A DNA stretch of 64,000 nucleotides, taken from NCBI GenBank assembly GCA_973895155.1, contig OZ316892.1, positions 4,672,510-4,736,509 on the forward strand, in the 5' to 3' direction. The position numbers were made by a program, and so were the translations under genes. Position 1 is the stretch's first letter; the number at the start of each line of letters is the position of its first letter. Of this stretch, positions 35,818 to 49,623 are shown one piece after another. The stretch is from Marsupella aquatica. Taxonomy: Eukaryota; Plantae; Marchantiophyta. The notes below the pieces were generated by a model. The model did not search any database. It was given only the letters and a program-made list of their open reading frames with translations, and was not told the DNA's origin.

Positions 35818-38800
35818 ATATATTGCTTAGGACGTACTGTGAAGATTCCCTGTATGATTAAATATATTGCTTAGGACGTACTGTGAAGGTTCCCTGTTAG
35901 ATGCTCGTCAAAACATGGGTGCCGGTTCAGAGTGTCCGCCTTAAATGAAAACTAGTGCTAGCTCGGTTTGAATTTACTGTAGCCAGATGGCAGCAGCGGG
36001 ACAACTGACGGTGAGCATAGGACTGAGGATAGTCCAGCTTGACATATGTACTCAGGCCAGGATTATAATAAAATGAGCATTCTAATGTTCAATTGCTTAC
36101 GTACCAAGAGTTTTATTCTCGTGTGTGGTTTGTGGATGTACGTACTGAGTCCATAGCTATGGGCCTTACATTTGCGTCTTTGGGTTCACAAAGCTACTCA
36201 ATTTCTTCTGGACATATATATTTCATTTTCTCAATTCTTCATGTGTGGATACAGTTTCGCGCTATTCTGCACACCTACTCGATTCCAAAGTTTGATGAGT
36301 GACGCATTATTGGAAGATACTTGTCTCGACCTTAATAATGCGGCTCCTGGAAGTTTATCGATGGCACTGCTGTAAAAGGAAGGATCATCAGTTTGTAGCT
36401 AGAGGAAGGCGCAAACTAACGATTTAATGGGGAATTAGTTACTTGAACTTAAGGATCGGAACTGAACACTTCACCCCCCAGAGCCAGGCCTGCGAAGATG
36501 CACATGTTCATAATAACATGTTTACTCCTTGTGACGGGTAACCTACAATACTGACACAGTTCCTTTGAACTAGTGGGGAGACTCGACCAGGATGAGGAGC
36601 AGCATCAATTTGAACGGTAGCAACCTGGAGAGTAGCACGGGTTTGACGTTCTTGGCGTGCCTTGAACTCATCCTACAAAAATATTCCACCTCATGTTCTC
36701 ATGCATATTCGTAACCCAATGATCAAAATGTGGATTGAGAATATGCAAAAATTGCATTACCTGAACTGGATCAATAGTCATACCAGCATACCAGCAGAGA
36801 TGCATCGATCGATTGTATCCCGATATTGTTAGCCAAATACCTCCATCTCTTCGCCATTGTATTGATAATTGACAAATTGAACCCACTAAGATCGATCATG
36901 AGTCTGAGTCCCTGCGATTCTTACTGCTTCTTCAATTTATCCCAACAAGCCTTAGTTGTAGGAACTTAGCAAGTGCAGTCTGGATGTGCGGCTTACATGT
37001 GCACAGAACAATCATTCGAGCATGAACCGCCTTCTCATGGTATGTTTCAAGACGAGCCTGAAACAAATATGCCTTTTCGTCAGCTTCCCGGACTGGTGGA
37101 ACTGCTGTGTTCCATCCACGAATTTCCATCCGCCAGTTGATGCAAGACTTGCAGAGACAAGAACTTGCCATGCGTTGCCGGGGGAGCCGGGTGCGGGGCC
37201 GGGCCGGGCCGGGCCGGGCCGGGTCTGGGGATCGAGGTTTGGTTAGCTAAATGTTGAGGACAACGATTGAACTCAATGTTTTGACACATTACAGTCAGTA
37301 GGAAGATGTGCTTTTCGGCGCAAACGTGTGAGGCGCTAACTCGTCATATGGATCCAGAGATGGGATCAACATCCACTTAAACCACACCTGCAATTAAACC
37401 ACACCTGCCCCTATAAAGGGCTAGGGGTAACTTGTAACTTTCATTCTAAAGAATACAACTTCAGAAATGTGTTTTGAGCTCTACAAAAGTCAGAAATGTG
37501 TTTTGAGCTCCACAAAAAGTGCTGACAGCAAAACCTTTTTTGACAAGTACTTCACACAAAGTGTTAGGTTTTCACCTTTTATGGTGAGTAATGAGACTTG
37601 GAATGAAGCTTTTATAATGGCAGGTGTGATTTAATTGGTTGAATCATTGTTGTCCTTGCAATTTACACTCTATAATATGCGAGCCCACAAAATCTTAACT
37701 TTTGTCTCATTACAAAAGACTAAAAAGGCGGGAGTGATTTGTATCCATCCCGGTATCCTTTAGATATACAATGTGTATAACTGTGAGATTTATAAAAGAA
37801 AGATACAAGGGACCATAGACAATAATGGGAGACATGATGTGCAATTGGAAGTGTAAGACCAGGTGTAAGATAATCATAAGTACAATAATAGTTATGTATA
37901 GATTTTTTTGAAGCAACTTTCAGTATTTTGTCTTATTCAAACTTCTTTTGTTATGCACTTTTATTTCAATGTGTCTTACCAAGGTGCATCTCTTGTATAG
38001 TTTAGATTTCCAATTTATTCTGGCACCCCTCTAATTTTTTTAAATCTTTGCTATATTTTAAGATCATCCACCTTGTAACAAAGCTCGTTGAATTTCTAGC
38101 CCTTATTCTCATGAGTACAGAATAAATGATCTAAATAATGTGCACACCTTATGTCTCTAAGTACCACTCATGGTTTTGTGTCCTAAATTTATGGTTTAAT
38201 TATTTTGAGTGTCATTACCTAAACTAAGTACATAAGTATCTCTACTCATGTACATTATGTGCACATCCCAAAACCATAAACTTAAACTTTCTTGTTCATT
38301 ATTATTTTTCTTTACATGTGTACTTTTATTTTGTACCTTATGTGCACAAGTTTCTATATCACAAACGTACTGTACATCTTCCTAGTCAATGTCCTATTTA
38401 TATTTTAATTACAACACCTGTATATCACTAAAAAAACAAAAAATCAAATATGTTCCAGAATGAGCATGCTATATGTAAGTTGCATGGAAAGGCTGCCCAT
38501 GGGACAGAGGCACATTGGAAAGCATGTCTCTTCTCCAAGTTTTCTTTAAAAAAACATCTCATTAAAATATCATTTTTGGAGGACCATATTAGATCTGGAA
38601 AGTCGCACCATAGGGGGGGCGCGGGTATAGGAGGAGCTTGAAGAGATATGGAATTCGTCCACAAACTTTAATTAAGGTGGGGTGAATTCCTTCCCCTGTG
38701 ATATTTTAAATTGTTATTTTTATAATAATTATATGATTTACGAATGAAGTTTGGAGGTAAAATCTTGCCTTTCACTGGTGTAATTTTTAATAATTATTTG

Positions 38801-39028
38801 CATTTTGAAAATGGGTAGGGAGCATACAGGAATGATCCTATCTGTTTTTAGTTTTGTTCTTTTAATTATAAGAAATGAGAGATTTTTTTTCCTCTTCATT
38901 TCATTTTGTTGGAACAAGGCAATAATTTTATTTTTGCACATGTAGGATTTCTTTTTCTATATCTTGTTTTTGCCCACAATCTGACTTGCAATGTGTAGTG
39001 TTGGAGAAAGCTATTTTTGGGTGGCGGA

Positions 39029-40380
39029 TGTTAAGGATTGCTCTTAGTCTTGTGACTCAAAGGTTACGACACTTAGGCTAACCACAGTTAGGGTCTTAGC
39101 TGAGGTTAGGTTAGTCATGTGTGACCTTGTATATACCAGGGCTAGTGTAAACCGCTGGTGTGTGGTGCTTACTCATTGTAACGGAGCAACTTGAGGAAGA
39201 GGGAGAGCATGTGTGTTCGTCTACTCTTGAAGTAAAGTTTGAGTGTTTGTGTGGACGTAGCCTTGGAGAAGAGGTGAACCACGTAGAGATTGTGTCGACT
39301 ACGTGTACATGGAATGAGTAACGATTGGATCATCATGAAGGAAGACATCATAGTTCAACAGAGGATGACAACCAGAGCAGAAACCTGTATCTTCGCACAA
39401 CTTCTACCTCTCCTCCCCACTCACAACTCACTTTCACATTCTCATCAATTGTGTGCTTCAACAGCTTACATAAAGTTTGTTTGGTAGCACTGTTTTCTGC
39501 TTATCACTTTGTGTCAATTATGTAAGTTCTTCTTGAATAACACTTCTCTTGGTGCAATGCACTAGAATCTGACTCTTATATTTTCTTATTAGACACTCTC
39601 ACTCTTTTTCAACCACAAATTTTTGTCTCCATTGTGTTCAAATTATAATTGTTCATTTCTGCATTATACTTCCACCAGTCTCCTCCCTCCCCTGTAATTC
39701 ATGCTCTAATTTTCTTTAATTTGATAAATGAATCCTTTCTACCTGCACTCTTTCCCCTAATGCTAACACCACTTTGCTACTACCAACATTTCATGAATGC
39801 ATGATACACTTCCAAAAATGACATCACTTTCTTTTCGCTGACTTACTGCTTTAATTAAAGCAATTTCATTCAATAGCACATCCATACCAAATCAATTACA
39901 ACTTAAGAAGACCTTTACTTGAGAACTCTGTTGTAGAACAATACATTTGCTTATCAACAATTATGCTCTATATATTTTTGGCTCAACAAACTTTTGCTTG
40001 ACACTACTGTGCAGCATAAAGGCATTAACCTCACCTGAGAGCTCACGGTCTACATTTATTAATATGGAATCCCCCAAAAGAAGTCAGCCTATGTTTACAA
40101 AGTAACTAGCTTTTAGTGGGAATTCATGACCACCATAAATTGTTTTTAGAGTAAATTACAAGGGTATAGTCCGTGTGATAGAGTACATGACAATGCAAGT
40201 ACCTGGCTATGCTACTATACCTAATTTATAAATAACTTACTTAGAGTATTGTCTTGCATGGCATGAAGCATTTAAGTTGTCTTGGCATGAAGCAACAAAG
40301 TTGTCTTGGCAATGGAACATTAAAGTGAAAATAGATTGAACTGAGATAGAATTTTGGAGCGAGCACTAAAGGGGATGTAG
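39029..40380 (-). mobile_element. Degraded LTR retrotransposon remnant: LTR (39029-39542) plus decayed internal region
   Basis: TGTTA...TAACA termini, followed by a purine tract on the minus strand. Downstream sequence has faint copia RT/RNaseH-like traces. No TSD. Confidence 0.45.
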
Positions 40381-40389
40381 ATGACTAAG

Positions 40390-41796
40390 CTTGGGGGTCT
40401 CACTATATGGATGTCACCCCATCACCTGCAATGATTTTAGGCCTCAGACCCCCTAAAATGTAAGATTCAAAAAATAAAATCAACTCCTATAAAGTTAGAA
40501 TATTCTTGGAATATTCCAAAAATTGGTTACAAAGACCCTAATACCCTAATGTTTTTATTATTCTCAAAATTAGATTTAAAATACCCTCAATATTGTTTCT
40601 GAGAAAATTCTTAAGTCTTCACTTTGAAACAATAAAACAACCATATCCTTTGTCGCACATGATCTGCCATTTTTGGGAAGTGAAACCCCCTTTGGTTTTT
40701 GTTCTTGAGAAGTGAATTTCATCGTTTGGAGGTCAATTTTGTCTTTTCTTTCCAAATTTTTTTCTCTTTTTAAGGATGTTGAAGGAAAGCAAAGGGGACT
40801 GAGAGGGTCGAGGCACTGGGAGGGCAAGGGGGACAATTATAGGAGGAAAGAAAGGGAGAGCATGGGGCTTGACATGGGGCAACTAGAGGGAAAAATAGGG
40901 AGGCAAATAAAAGTTCTCCCTCCATATAGCATCCGGCAACCCCACCTAGGCCCCACAATGCCTGAACATCCTTACTAGACTTGATCCTCCTGCCCTTCGG
41001 CGTGCTCGCCCCTTGGCTCGCCCTCCCAAACAACATCACTTTCACATTCAATAACAACAACAACAACACTAACAACACTGACACTTTGATTTACAACCAT
41101 AACATGATAACATATTCAAATGTTGAAATGACTTTCAGAACCATTACACAGCTGTAGTGACAACTAGGCCTCAAGCACAACACACTTGCAATGATAATTG
41201 TGCAATGCATGGACATTGGACTCAGAAGTTCACCTCGCCTAAGTCACTACACGTCTTTTTGTCAATGACTTCCTCGGACATGACATATTCTGCAGCACAA
41301 TGACATATTTTACATATTAACAACAGTTTCTCCACATTGACATTTTTTGCACTGACAGTGACATGTTTTGTGCAATGACAAATTTTTTGCATAATTTTTT
41401 TTTGCACAACAACATCTTTTACACAAATGTGTGAAATAGTTTTGTGCAACCACACTTGACCCTATGATGCCCACTGCCTCTATCATGCACTCCCCCACCC
41501 TTGGGGGTTTCATTTCCAAAAAAATGACACATCACGTGCGGTGAAATATAGGGTCATTTTATTGGTTCAAAAGGAAGACTTAAGAATTTTCTGAGAAGAA
41601 CAATAAGGTTTTTTAAATCCAATTTTGAGACTTATAAGAACATTAGGGTCCTTATAACCAATTTTTAAAAATATTCTAAGAATATTCCAACTTTATAGGG
41701 GTTGAATTTTTTTTTATAAATCTTACATTTTAGGGGGTCCGAGGCCTAAAAACGTCGTAGGTGATGGGGAGGCATCCATATAGTGAGACCCCCGAG
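40390..41796. mobile_element. Non-autonomous DNA transposon with ~260-bp imperfect TIRs
   Basis: CTTGGGGGTCTCACTATATGGATG... at 40390 mirrors ...CATCCATATAGTGAGACCCCCGAG at 41796. TIR interior is similar to the MITE at 49624-49929. No TSD seen. Confidence 0.82.
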
Positions 41797-43026
41797 CCCC
41801 ACCTCAACATTTTTGCTTTCTCTTGACAGTTTTTTCTTATCTTGACATTTTTTCTCTCCTCGACATCTTATCTTGACCTTAACATATTTTTCTCATCTTA
41901 TCATCTTTTTCTCATTTTGACATCTTTGTCCCACCACAACATCTTTTATTCTCTCCTTAACATCTTCTCCTTGCCTCAATCTCGGGGCCTCAATATTGTT
42001 TTCTCACCTTGACATATTTTCTCTTCTCGACACCTTTTCTCTCCTTAACATTTTCTCTTCACCTCAACATAGTTTTTCAATGTCGGTGACATCTATTTTT
42101 CCACCTTGATATCTTTCCTCTCTTTCACATCTTTTCTCACATTGATATCTTTTTTCATCGTCGGTGGTATCTTTCCTCTCCTTGAAATCTTTTCATCTTC
42201 TTCACACATTTTCCTATCCTTGACATCTTTTTTATCTGGGTTTGCAACATCTTTTGCTCACCTTGATCAATATCTTTTTTCTCTCAACATCTTTTACTCT
42301 CTTTGATATATGTCTTTTGCTCACCTTGACATCTTTTTCTCACCGTACTCACAACTTTCATGTGAAGCACGGGCTAGTTGTACTATAACTTGCATGATGT
42401 GCAAGGTGAAGTGTTTAGTTCTGAACCTTAAGTTCAAGTAACTAATCCCCCTTAAATCGTTAGTTTGTGCCTTCCTCTAGCTACAAATTGATGATCCCTC
42501 CTTTTACAGGCAGGGCCATCGATAAACTTCTAGGAGCCACAATCATGATTGAACCAGTATCTCTCCAACCATGAGTCGGTCATACTTGACACGGCCTTCA
42601 ATCTTTGGAATCGAGTACGTGTGCAGAATAGTACGAAACTTTATTAACATATGAAAAATTGAGAAAATGAAATATATATGTCCAGAAGAAATTGAGTAGC
42701 TTTGTCAACCCAAAGATGCAAATGTAAGGCCCATAGCCTATGGACTCAGTACATCCACAAACCACACACGAGAATAAAACTCCGGTACGTAAGCAATTGA
42801 ACATTAGAATGCTCATTTTATTATGATCCTGGCCTGAGTATATATGTCAAGCTGGACTATCCTCAGTCCTGTGCTCACCGTCAGTTGTACGTACCGCTGC
42901 TGCCATCTGACTACAGCAAATTCAAACCGAGAGAGCACTAGTTTCCATTTAAGGCTGACACTCCTAACCTGCACCCATGTTTTGACGAGCACTTAACAGG
43001 GAACCTTCACAGTCTAAGCAATATAC

Positions 43027-43862
43027 TTAATCATACTGACCCTCCTTGACCTCAACGCCCGCATCCCAATCTTCCAAACCGTCTCTGTCACCATTCATAT
43101 AGTTACATTCTCCAGAGCAACATGGACATAACCTCTTATCAGTTAAGATCCCATTGACACAGATTGCACCCAAGTGATCTCTTCGCAAACGGTCGATTTG
43201 GGGACAGCAATTCTCGATTTCCAGTACGCAAGGAACTCTGCCTTGTGTGCATACTAGACTCAAGGCATCCAGTACTTCTTGCTCTCTGCTGGTGACCTCG
43301 TGAGGGGGGCGTGTGACTTCTGTCCATATATATCCCGGTAGCACCGGAATCCTGCCATGACACAAATGAACTACGACCTTGTGGACAAATCCTAGGCGTA
43401 AGTAGTATATCACGTTGTTCAAGCCTTTATCCCTAAGCATCAACCATTCCAACTTCGTATACATAACACAAGGTGTTGTAATCCGAAAGCTTCTACACTC
43501 CTCAGGATGCCTATTCTCAGAGTTTGTGCCTTCAGCTACAATGTCACTTGCGATATCGTCAGGCAAGGCGCGCATAAATGTACTGAAGGCGTCACGCAAG
43601 GGGTTCTCATTGCCTTGTCCCTACAATATATAGACAATCAGATACCAGTCATCGTGTACGTGTTGGATTTAATTTCAGAAATGGCATCAAATCTTACATC
43701 ACTAATATATAGACAATCAGATACAGTAATCGTGTTGGATTAATTTCAGAAATGGCATCAAATCTTACATCACTTGGAAGCTTTTAAAAAAGCGTAGATC
43801 AATCATGCACTAATCAGAAATATTGCTCATACCTGAAGTATGATTTGTCTGATGAATGCCAT
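43027..43862 (-). CDS. Cys-rich protein of unknown function (copy 2, 2 exons)
   Basis: ATG at 43862, exon to 43833, intron 43832-43621 (with internal ~75-bp duplication), ORF to 43027. Highly similar to 35048-35817, with in-frame indels only. Confidence 0.68.
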
Positions 43863-44799
43863 AAGAGATGGACTTATGGATTCGTCTGCTCTCTGTGCAA
43901 GGCCCGGAGGTACTGTAGTCCTAGCGCAGACTAAAATTAAGCTGTAGTTCCAATAAGTGTGAGGCTCCCCCGATCAATCAGCAACCATCATAGATGCTCA
44001 GCGATCGACTCATTCAAGAGCTAATACACTGCCGACCCTGACTACGGGCGCATAGACGTACTAGTGGGATCGAGAAGTGAAAGTGAGGGAAGAGAGAGAG
44101 GGATAGCTTCTTATATTCTAACTTCAACAGATTGAGAGTAAAACGTACTGACGAATGACTGATCGGACAAGCAATGCAGAGAAGAGAAAGTGAAAGTGAA
44201 GGCCCTAGGACGAGAGATAGACGGATAGCTTCTTACTCTAAACTCCAATAGCTTCAGAGTAAAACCCCGACTAAAACTGACGAATAACTCAAGGAATGAA
44301 TGAACAAGTGATGCATTTCATATATGTCGCTCGTCAATACACTGCTGCAACTAATTGAAGCAAATACTAACGTACTAATGACAGGCCGGAAGGACATGAA
44401 GCTAGCTTCTCAATACGGCGCCGCGACCAATTAATTGAAACAAGGAATGACTGATCGATGACAAGAAGCTAGCTAGCTGTATTGTGACAAATAGATCATG
44501 CAACATCTCGTGCCTGTTTCCCTTCCCTGAACTACTTAGAGCGAGGTGATTTACATAGCAATAAGGGTTTATATTAAGTTTAAGAGCTATGCAGGGATAC
44601 TTGCAGCTAGAGGCTTGAGATCTGGTTTCTTGCGCTCACCAGCAAGCCTCTATCTTGCCAGCTGTTCACCGGGTCACCTAAAATCGACTACTCAAATGCT
44701 ACCTAAGTAATTAGCGGGGTATTGTTGCTAGTCATTTTCGCATTTGCTGCAACTCCCAGGTCCAGGGAAGGAGGTCAGGAACGTAGGCACTAATCTTCT

Positions 44800-45316
44800 T
44801 AAATTCTTCGGGGAGCTACTTCCAGGGATCCCAGATGGCGTTACTTTGTCCCACATTATTACACGGTTCCGCTGGACCGATTTTCGTGAACTGCAGTCAG
44901 TGAGCCCGAATTGGCAAGGAGCATTTCAAAGTCGAGAGGTCTACAATGAGAAGATTGGGTCCCATTCAGGAGAAGAGTTTCTAGCTGTCCAGCACAGCAA
45001 TGAGGTCAGATGTGCCGATGTTCTACACCATGACTGCACATACTGGAATGCAATTTCTCTCCATTCAATGACAGAGAAACAACTATGAACTAGCTTCCTC
45101 CAATCCCACAACTTCCTGGCTGTAACGACAGGTTTTGCCAGTTAATTGCATCCAGTACATGATAACTTATATGTTTGTTCTCACAAACAAACAATTCCAC
45201 AGAGCACAGAAAAGAAAATCAACTACAGACAAATTAATGTTTGACCAGGAAGAGGGAAAGGTGCATATCTTAGATCTGACCGCGCGGGCCGGGGCTGTGG
45301 AAATTAAGAGTGCACA
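44800..45316 (+). pseudogene. Truncated F-box pseudogene, paralogue of 32097-33194
   Basis: FFGELLPGIPDGVTLSHI...; original start lost by deletion, frameshifts from ~45085, 3' half deleted. Confidence 0.85.
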
Positions 45317-46164
45317 AATTACAGCCAGGGACGTGTAATTCGTTGTAACGGCAGGCCAGACTATAATCGATCATTTCTCACTTCCATTCCCAACTCTTTG
45401 TACCAGTAGGTGCATGTGTTACTGTGTACAATCGATCATTTGTCAGTTTCCATTCCCAACTCTTTGTACCAATTCAATAGATGTGGTATGCATGGTGTAG
45501 AATCGGTCATTTGTCAGCTTCCATTCCCAACTCTTTGTACCAGTAGATGTGGTATAGCGTAGAATCGGTAATTTGTCAGTTTCCATTCCCAACTCAAAGT
45601 ACGTACGATATGGAATGGTGAACCTTCACGTATTTAAGCATCCAGACAGATCTATCAGGGGCACTGTACACTGTCCTGAAATTTTTGCAAGCTTGTTATC
45701 CTGAAAGTTGGCGGATCGGAAGCCTTCTCACATAAGTTTTTCACAGGGAGAGCTTTCACTTTGGGCGGATTTCTGCAATAGAGTAGCAAGGACTGCAGGA
45801 TCTGAACGAAGGTGGGGACGTGGGGATCTAAGGAAGGGAAGAGGATATGGACGGGGATAGTGGAGGCCTGGAGCTAGTGCAACCAGATCGAAGTGGGGTG
45901 CAGAGAATTGATACGTAGGTACGTGCAGACACGAGGCAATAACCAGGGAAGAAACAAGAGAAGGAACCTGTAGTTCCTAAAACCTTCTATGGAGGTGAGA
46001 TCTGCAGCTGGGAGCAACAGTCCGACGAGAGATTGCAATAAACTTCAGAGCATCTAAAACCAGTATAGGAGGAGAAACTCCCAAAGGATATATAGACTGC
46101 AGAACCTCGATCTGCTAGAGATTTGTGACATATTCGCAGCTAGCTGAAACGAAAGCTCTAGAAA

Positions 46165-47202
46165 ATGGACTCAGACTCAGACTGGTCTGACGAGGACATA
46201 CATAGATATTTCAGCTCGGCACTTGACGTGTTGCCAGAGTTCGACGAACCACTACAAACTCATGGGAGCATTCAGGTTCCCAATGTGCACCATTTTCAAT
46301 CTGGAGGGCCAGATCGGGATACATACCGTTTGGACGAATCAAAGATGGTCGATGTAGGCCCTCAAGCTCCAAGTTTTCCAACGGATTTTTCCGGACCAGA
46401 GCTAAGAGATGGTTGCGGGCAACGACGTCCTAACAATCCAGCACACCACGAATCAGAGATGAGGCAAGCTCTCTCCAGCTCACCGGTGGCTGGACCTGAT
46501 CAAGGAGAAGCTCCAGAGACATCCGCTCCAGCTGTATCCAACTTTGAAGGCATGACGGAACATTCAGCACTCATCACTGAAGACATGATTATGGAAGCCA
46601 CGCTATTAGCTTCCAAAATGGTGGGAAAGGTCTTCTATGAAAAGATGGAGGCGGCAAGATCGCCAATTCTTCCACAGTTACTGAGCAGTGTTGATTCAAC
46701 TCTTCAGAAATTACAGCATGATAATGTTCCAGCCACAATGGAAATATTCACAAAGGAGGCTTGCAAATGGATTTACAGATACATGAGAGGCCAGAAGGAC
46801 AGAAGAGTTGCAGTGCATCCTCAGCACATCAAGGATATACCAAAAAATTGGCGGCTTCAGAACCCTGGCAGCTTTTACCCCTCGGAAAAAGAATTTGAAG
46901 ACATAGCACTAGACAACGGAATGGAGAAGCGCCAGGTCTCGAGCCTTTTTGAAAATGACAGGAAGAGGAATCTGAAGGAGAGCACTGAGCTCGAAGGAAA
47001 ACTGAAATCTCACTTTCAACCGCACATCACTAACGCTCTTAAATATTGGCAAGCCCAGAATCCACGGCGTCGACATTCAAATAACGACCAACGAAAAGTT
47101 TTGATGGAGGACACTGGATTGAACATAAAACAGATCGTGGATTGGTTTAATAACCACAGAGTTGGAAGAAATCGCTCCAGGAGAAGGACCATCCAGGTAT
47201 GA
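46165..47202 (+). CDS. Protein with two tandem divergent TALE-type homeodomains
   Basis: HD1: KNWRLQNPGSFYPSEKEFEDIALDNGMEKRQVSSLFENDRKR. HD2: LKYWQAQNPRRRHSNNDQRKVLMEDTGLNIKQIVDWFNNHRVGR. TATA-like at ~46088. The ORF end coincides with a CAG|GTATGA donor, so further exons are possible. Confidence 0.8.
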   Translation: MDSDSDWSDEDIHRYFSSALDVLPEFDEPLQTHGSIQVPNVHHFQSGGPDRDTYRLDESKMVDVGPQAPSFPTDFSGPELRDGCGQRRPNNPAHHESEMRQALSSSPVAGPDQGEAPETSAPAVSNFEGMTEHSALITEDMIMEATLLASKMVGKVFYEKMEAARSPILPQLLSSVDSTLQKLQHDNVPATMEIFTKEACKWIYRYMRGQKDRRVAVHPQHIKDIPKNWRLQNPGSFYPSEKEFEDIALDNGMEKRQVSSLFENDRKRNLKESTELEGKLKSHFQPHITNALKYWQAQNPRRRHSNNDQRKVLMEDTGLNIKQIVDWFNNHRVGRNRSRRRTIQV

Positions 47203-48112
47203 GATCTTTCAGCTTTGAGAAAAGTAGGTGTACACGTACACTCCTTGTTCCAGAGAATTGAATGTTATGCTAGGAATTCAAAGCAACCTGGTTTGCTTTG
47301 GCTTAATGAGCCAAACTGGTTTTTTCCATCCCTGATTAACAATTTAAGTAGTGTTAAGTTTGGTGTACCGTAGGTGGTAGACAGGGGGGCGATCATCCAC
47401 TTGTCATGATTAGAGGTGAGTCTCAAGTTGGCAGAGATCGGACTAGATTAGATTCGTGGGAGAAACCCTCCGCAACTATTGCACGTACTTGAAGATTATC
47501 ATGTGAAGACTATCATGGAGACAAGAGGAGACAAAATTTGTTCTGTAGTCATTTTTTAATCCGCTTTCCTGTCTTCCAATCCCAACCTCGAAATAAAAAA
47601 TGATTCTATACGTTTGGGAAATCAACTTGGTAAGACGCCCTGCAAAAATGAGACTGTCTAACAAGGCGTTTGCAAAGGAGGAATCACGTACTTGCTTTGT
47701 TTAATATGGGATAATGTGTAGTAATGGCAATTTGTTTGGGAATCTTCTCAGAGAGCATTGTCAAAATAAGACCAAATAATTATGGACTGTAAGTATTTGG
47801 TTATATTGCTAGGTGTTGAAACACCACTACAATAATGCACACATTCTCATTCATATGGATTTATACATCAAGGTAGTTATCTCAGTATAACTACCTAAGG
47901 TTTGATTCTAAACCTTACCCTAAAGTAGACTTAACCAATGAGTTCTAACACTCCCCCTTGGGTGCATCGCATCATAGTGGTCGAGGTGATACATCCATGT
48001 TTAGTCTACTATGGGGAATTAACCATTTTGTTTGTACAATATGGTTTGAGTAAAAGAATGAGAAGGTAGCCTAGATGTAGCCTCATTAAATTAAAACCTC
48101 CTCTCCTTTCTT

Positions 48113-48441
48113 TTTTTTTGTCTTGAACGGAAATGGGGAGGAAATACAATTAGACTCCCCCCATCCCAATGTGACAGTTTTTCTGTAGGGAACCCAGACC
48201 AGGGTGAGCCCCAACGGATCCGACAGGGACCCGCACCAGGAAGGAGAGAGGATTAAATCAGGGCCACAAAGTGGACGACCAGGGGCCGAGCAGATAATCA
48301 GAACTCCAATCCACTACCCACAAAACCCATCCCACCCACACACAAATACCCTCCACACCCCAGTGTGTGGAGGGGGGATTGAACCTGGGACCTCTCAGTT
48401 CCAGGCAAATCCCCTAGCCAATTGACCTAAGCCAATTGGTT
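48113..48441 (-). mobile_element. tRNA-derived SINE
   Basis: 16-bp TSD CCTCCTCTCCTTTCTT (48097-48112, 48442-48457). On the minus strand, an A-box-like head and B box GGTTCAATCCC, ending in a short poly(A). Confidence 0.88.
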
Positions 48442-49623
48442 CCTCCTCTCCTTTCTTGTAGGAGGAAAGAGTGCTACCATCTATGGATGAAAAAATAAAT
48501 AGAATGTCATATTGTAATTTGCTAAGGGAAGATGGGTTGAAACGGGTGTTGTTTGTTATGTTGGTGAGTTGGTGAAGAGCCCATGTACAGTAGGTTCTTG
48601 GTGTTTGTGGTGTTCGCTGTGTATTCTCTACTATAGAGTGTTGTTACTCATGTTCGGCAAGATGTTCGGGGGTTTGGCAATCGAATAGAGTGTTATGGCA
48701 TTTTCCCGAGTAGTTTCGCGTACATCCGTATTCGTTAGCATTGTGCCCTAGTCTTGGTTGGAGCTTGTGAGTTCTTGGAGGTCGTGAGCTGCATTTCAGT
48801 CGTCAGCTCCTGTTCTCTGGTGAGTGATAGTTGGTTGTCTGTTCTGGAGGTTGTTCTCATCGCTTTTGTGAATTGGTTTATGTTCGGAGTCTTCCACTTG
48901 TCGTTGTGGTGAGGCTGACTAGGATGGATCCTTTCCAATGCTCTTGTCCCGTTGTGTTCTCCCCCTGACTGTAGTATCCCGTGATTCTTTTGCAGTTCAA
49001 TGCGATTCCTGTAAAAGAATGGAAAGATGACACATACCAATTGAATGGGATAGTGATTTGTGTATGGCAGGTGGTAGCAATTTGGTTAGCAGATCGGCAT
49101 TGTTCGATTTGCTCGGGATCCATTGCACGTCGATGATGTTTCCATGCTGTTTTCGTGCAAAGAAGAACTTGGGGGCAATATGCTTAGTGCGTTCTCCCTT
49201 GATGAAGCCGGCTACGATTTGCTCCACACAAGGTTGGTTGTCTTCAAAGATGACAGTCAAAGAGGTGAGTATTGGCATACCTGTGTGATGTAATATGTGA
49301 TTAATTATATTTCTCAGCCACAAGCATTTGCGACTTGCTTTGTACAGTGCTATGATCTCTGAATGATTGGACGATGTGGTAGTCAGACTCTGTTTTGTGC
49401 TCTTCGATGATATGGCCGTGGGTCCAGCAAGGAAGATGCATGTATCCTGTCTGTGATTTTGCATTGGGTCCGAGAGATAGCCTGCATCTGCATAGTCATT
49501 GATAGTTGGTGTCAAGTTAGTAGGGAAGTATAAGCCTAAATCAATAGTGCCACAAAGGTAACAAAGTATCCTTTTGACTCCATTCCAACGTCGAATGGTC
49601 GGCTGTGAACTGTGCCTTGCTAG

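Larger units (their letters stand above)
30417..36475. repeat. Left arm of a large inverted segmental duplication
   Basis: Reverse-complement matches to 42405-45846 seen at many points, e.g. 30417-30925 vs 45320-45846, 32686-33190 vs 44800-45316, 34050-36475 vs 42405-44790. Confidence 0.9.
42405..45846. repeat. Right arm of the inverted duplication (two internal deletions relative to left arm)
   Basis: Lacks counterparts of ~30925-32685 and ~33190-34050; otherwise colinear in reverse complement. Confidence 0.9.

Noticed and set aside
37391-37638. ~28-bp inverted repeat (AATTAAACCACACCTGCC / GGCAGGTGTGATTTAATT) suggesting a small MITE
   Set aside because: Boundaries and TSD could not be established.
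48360-48441. Possible tRNA gene (B box GGTTCAATCCC on minus strand)
   Set aside because: No convincing cloverleaf; it is the head of a SINE with poly(A) tail and 16-bp TSD.
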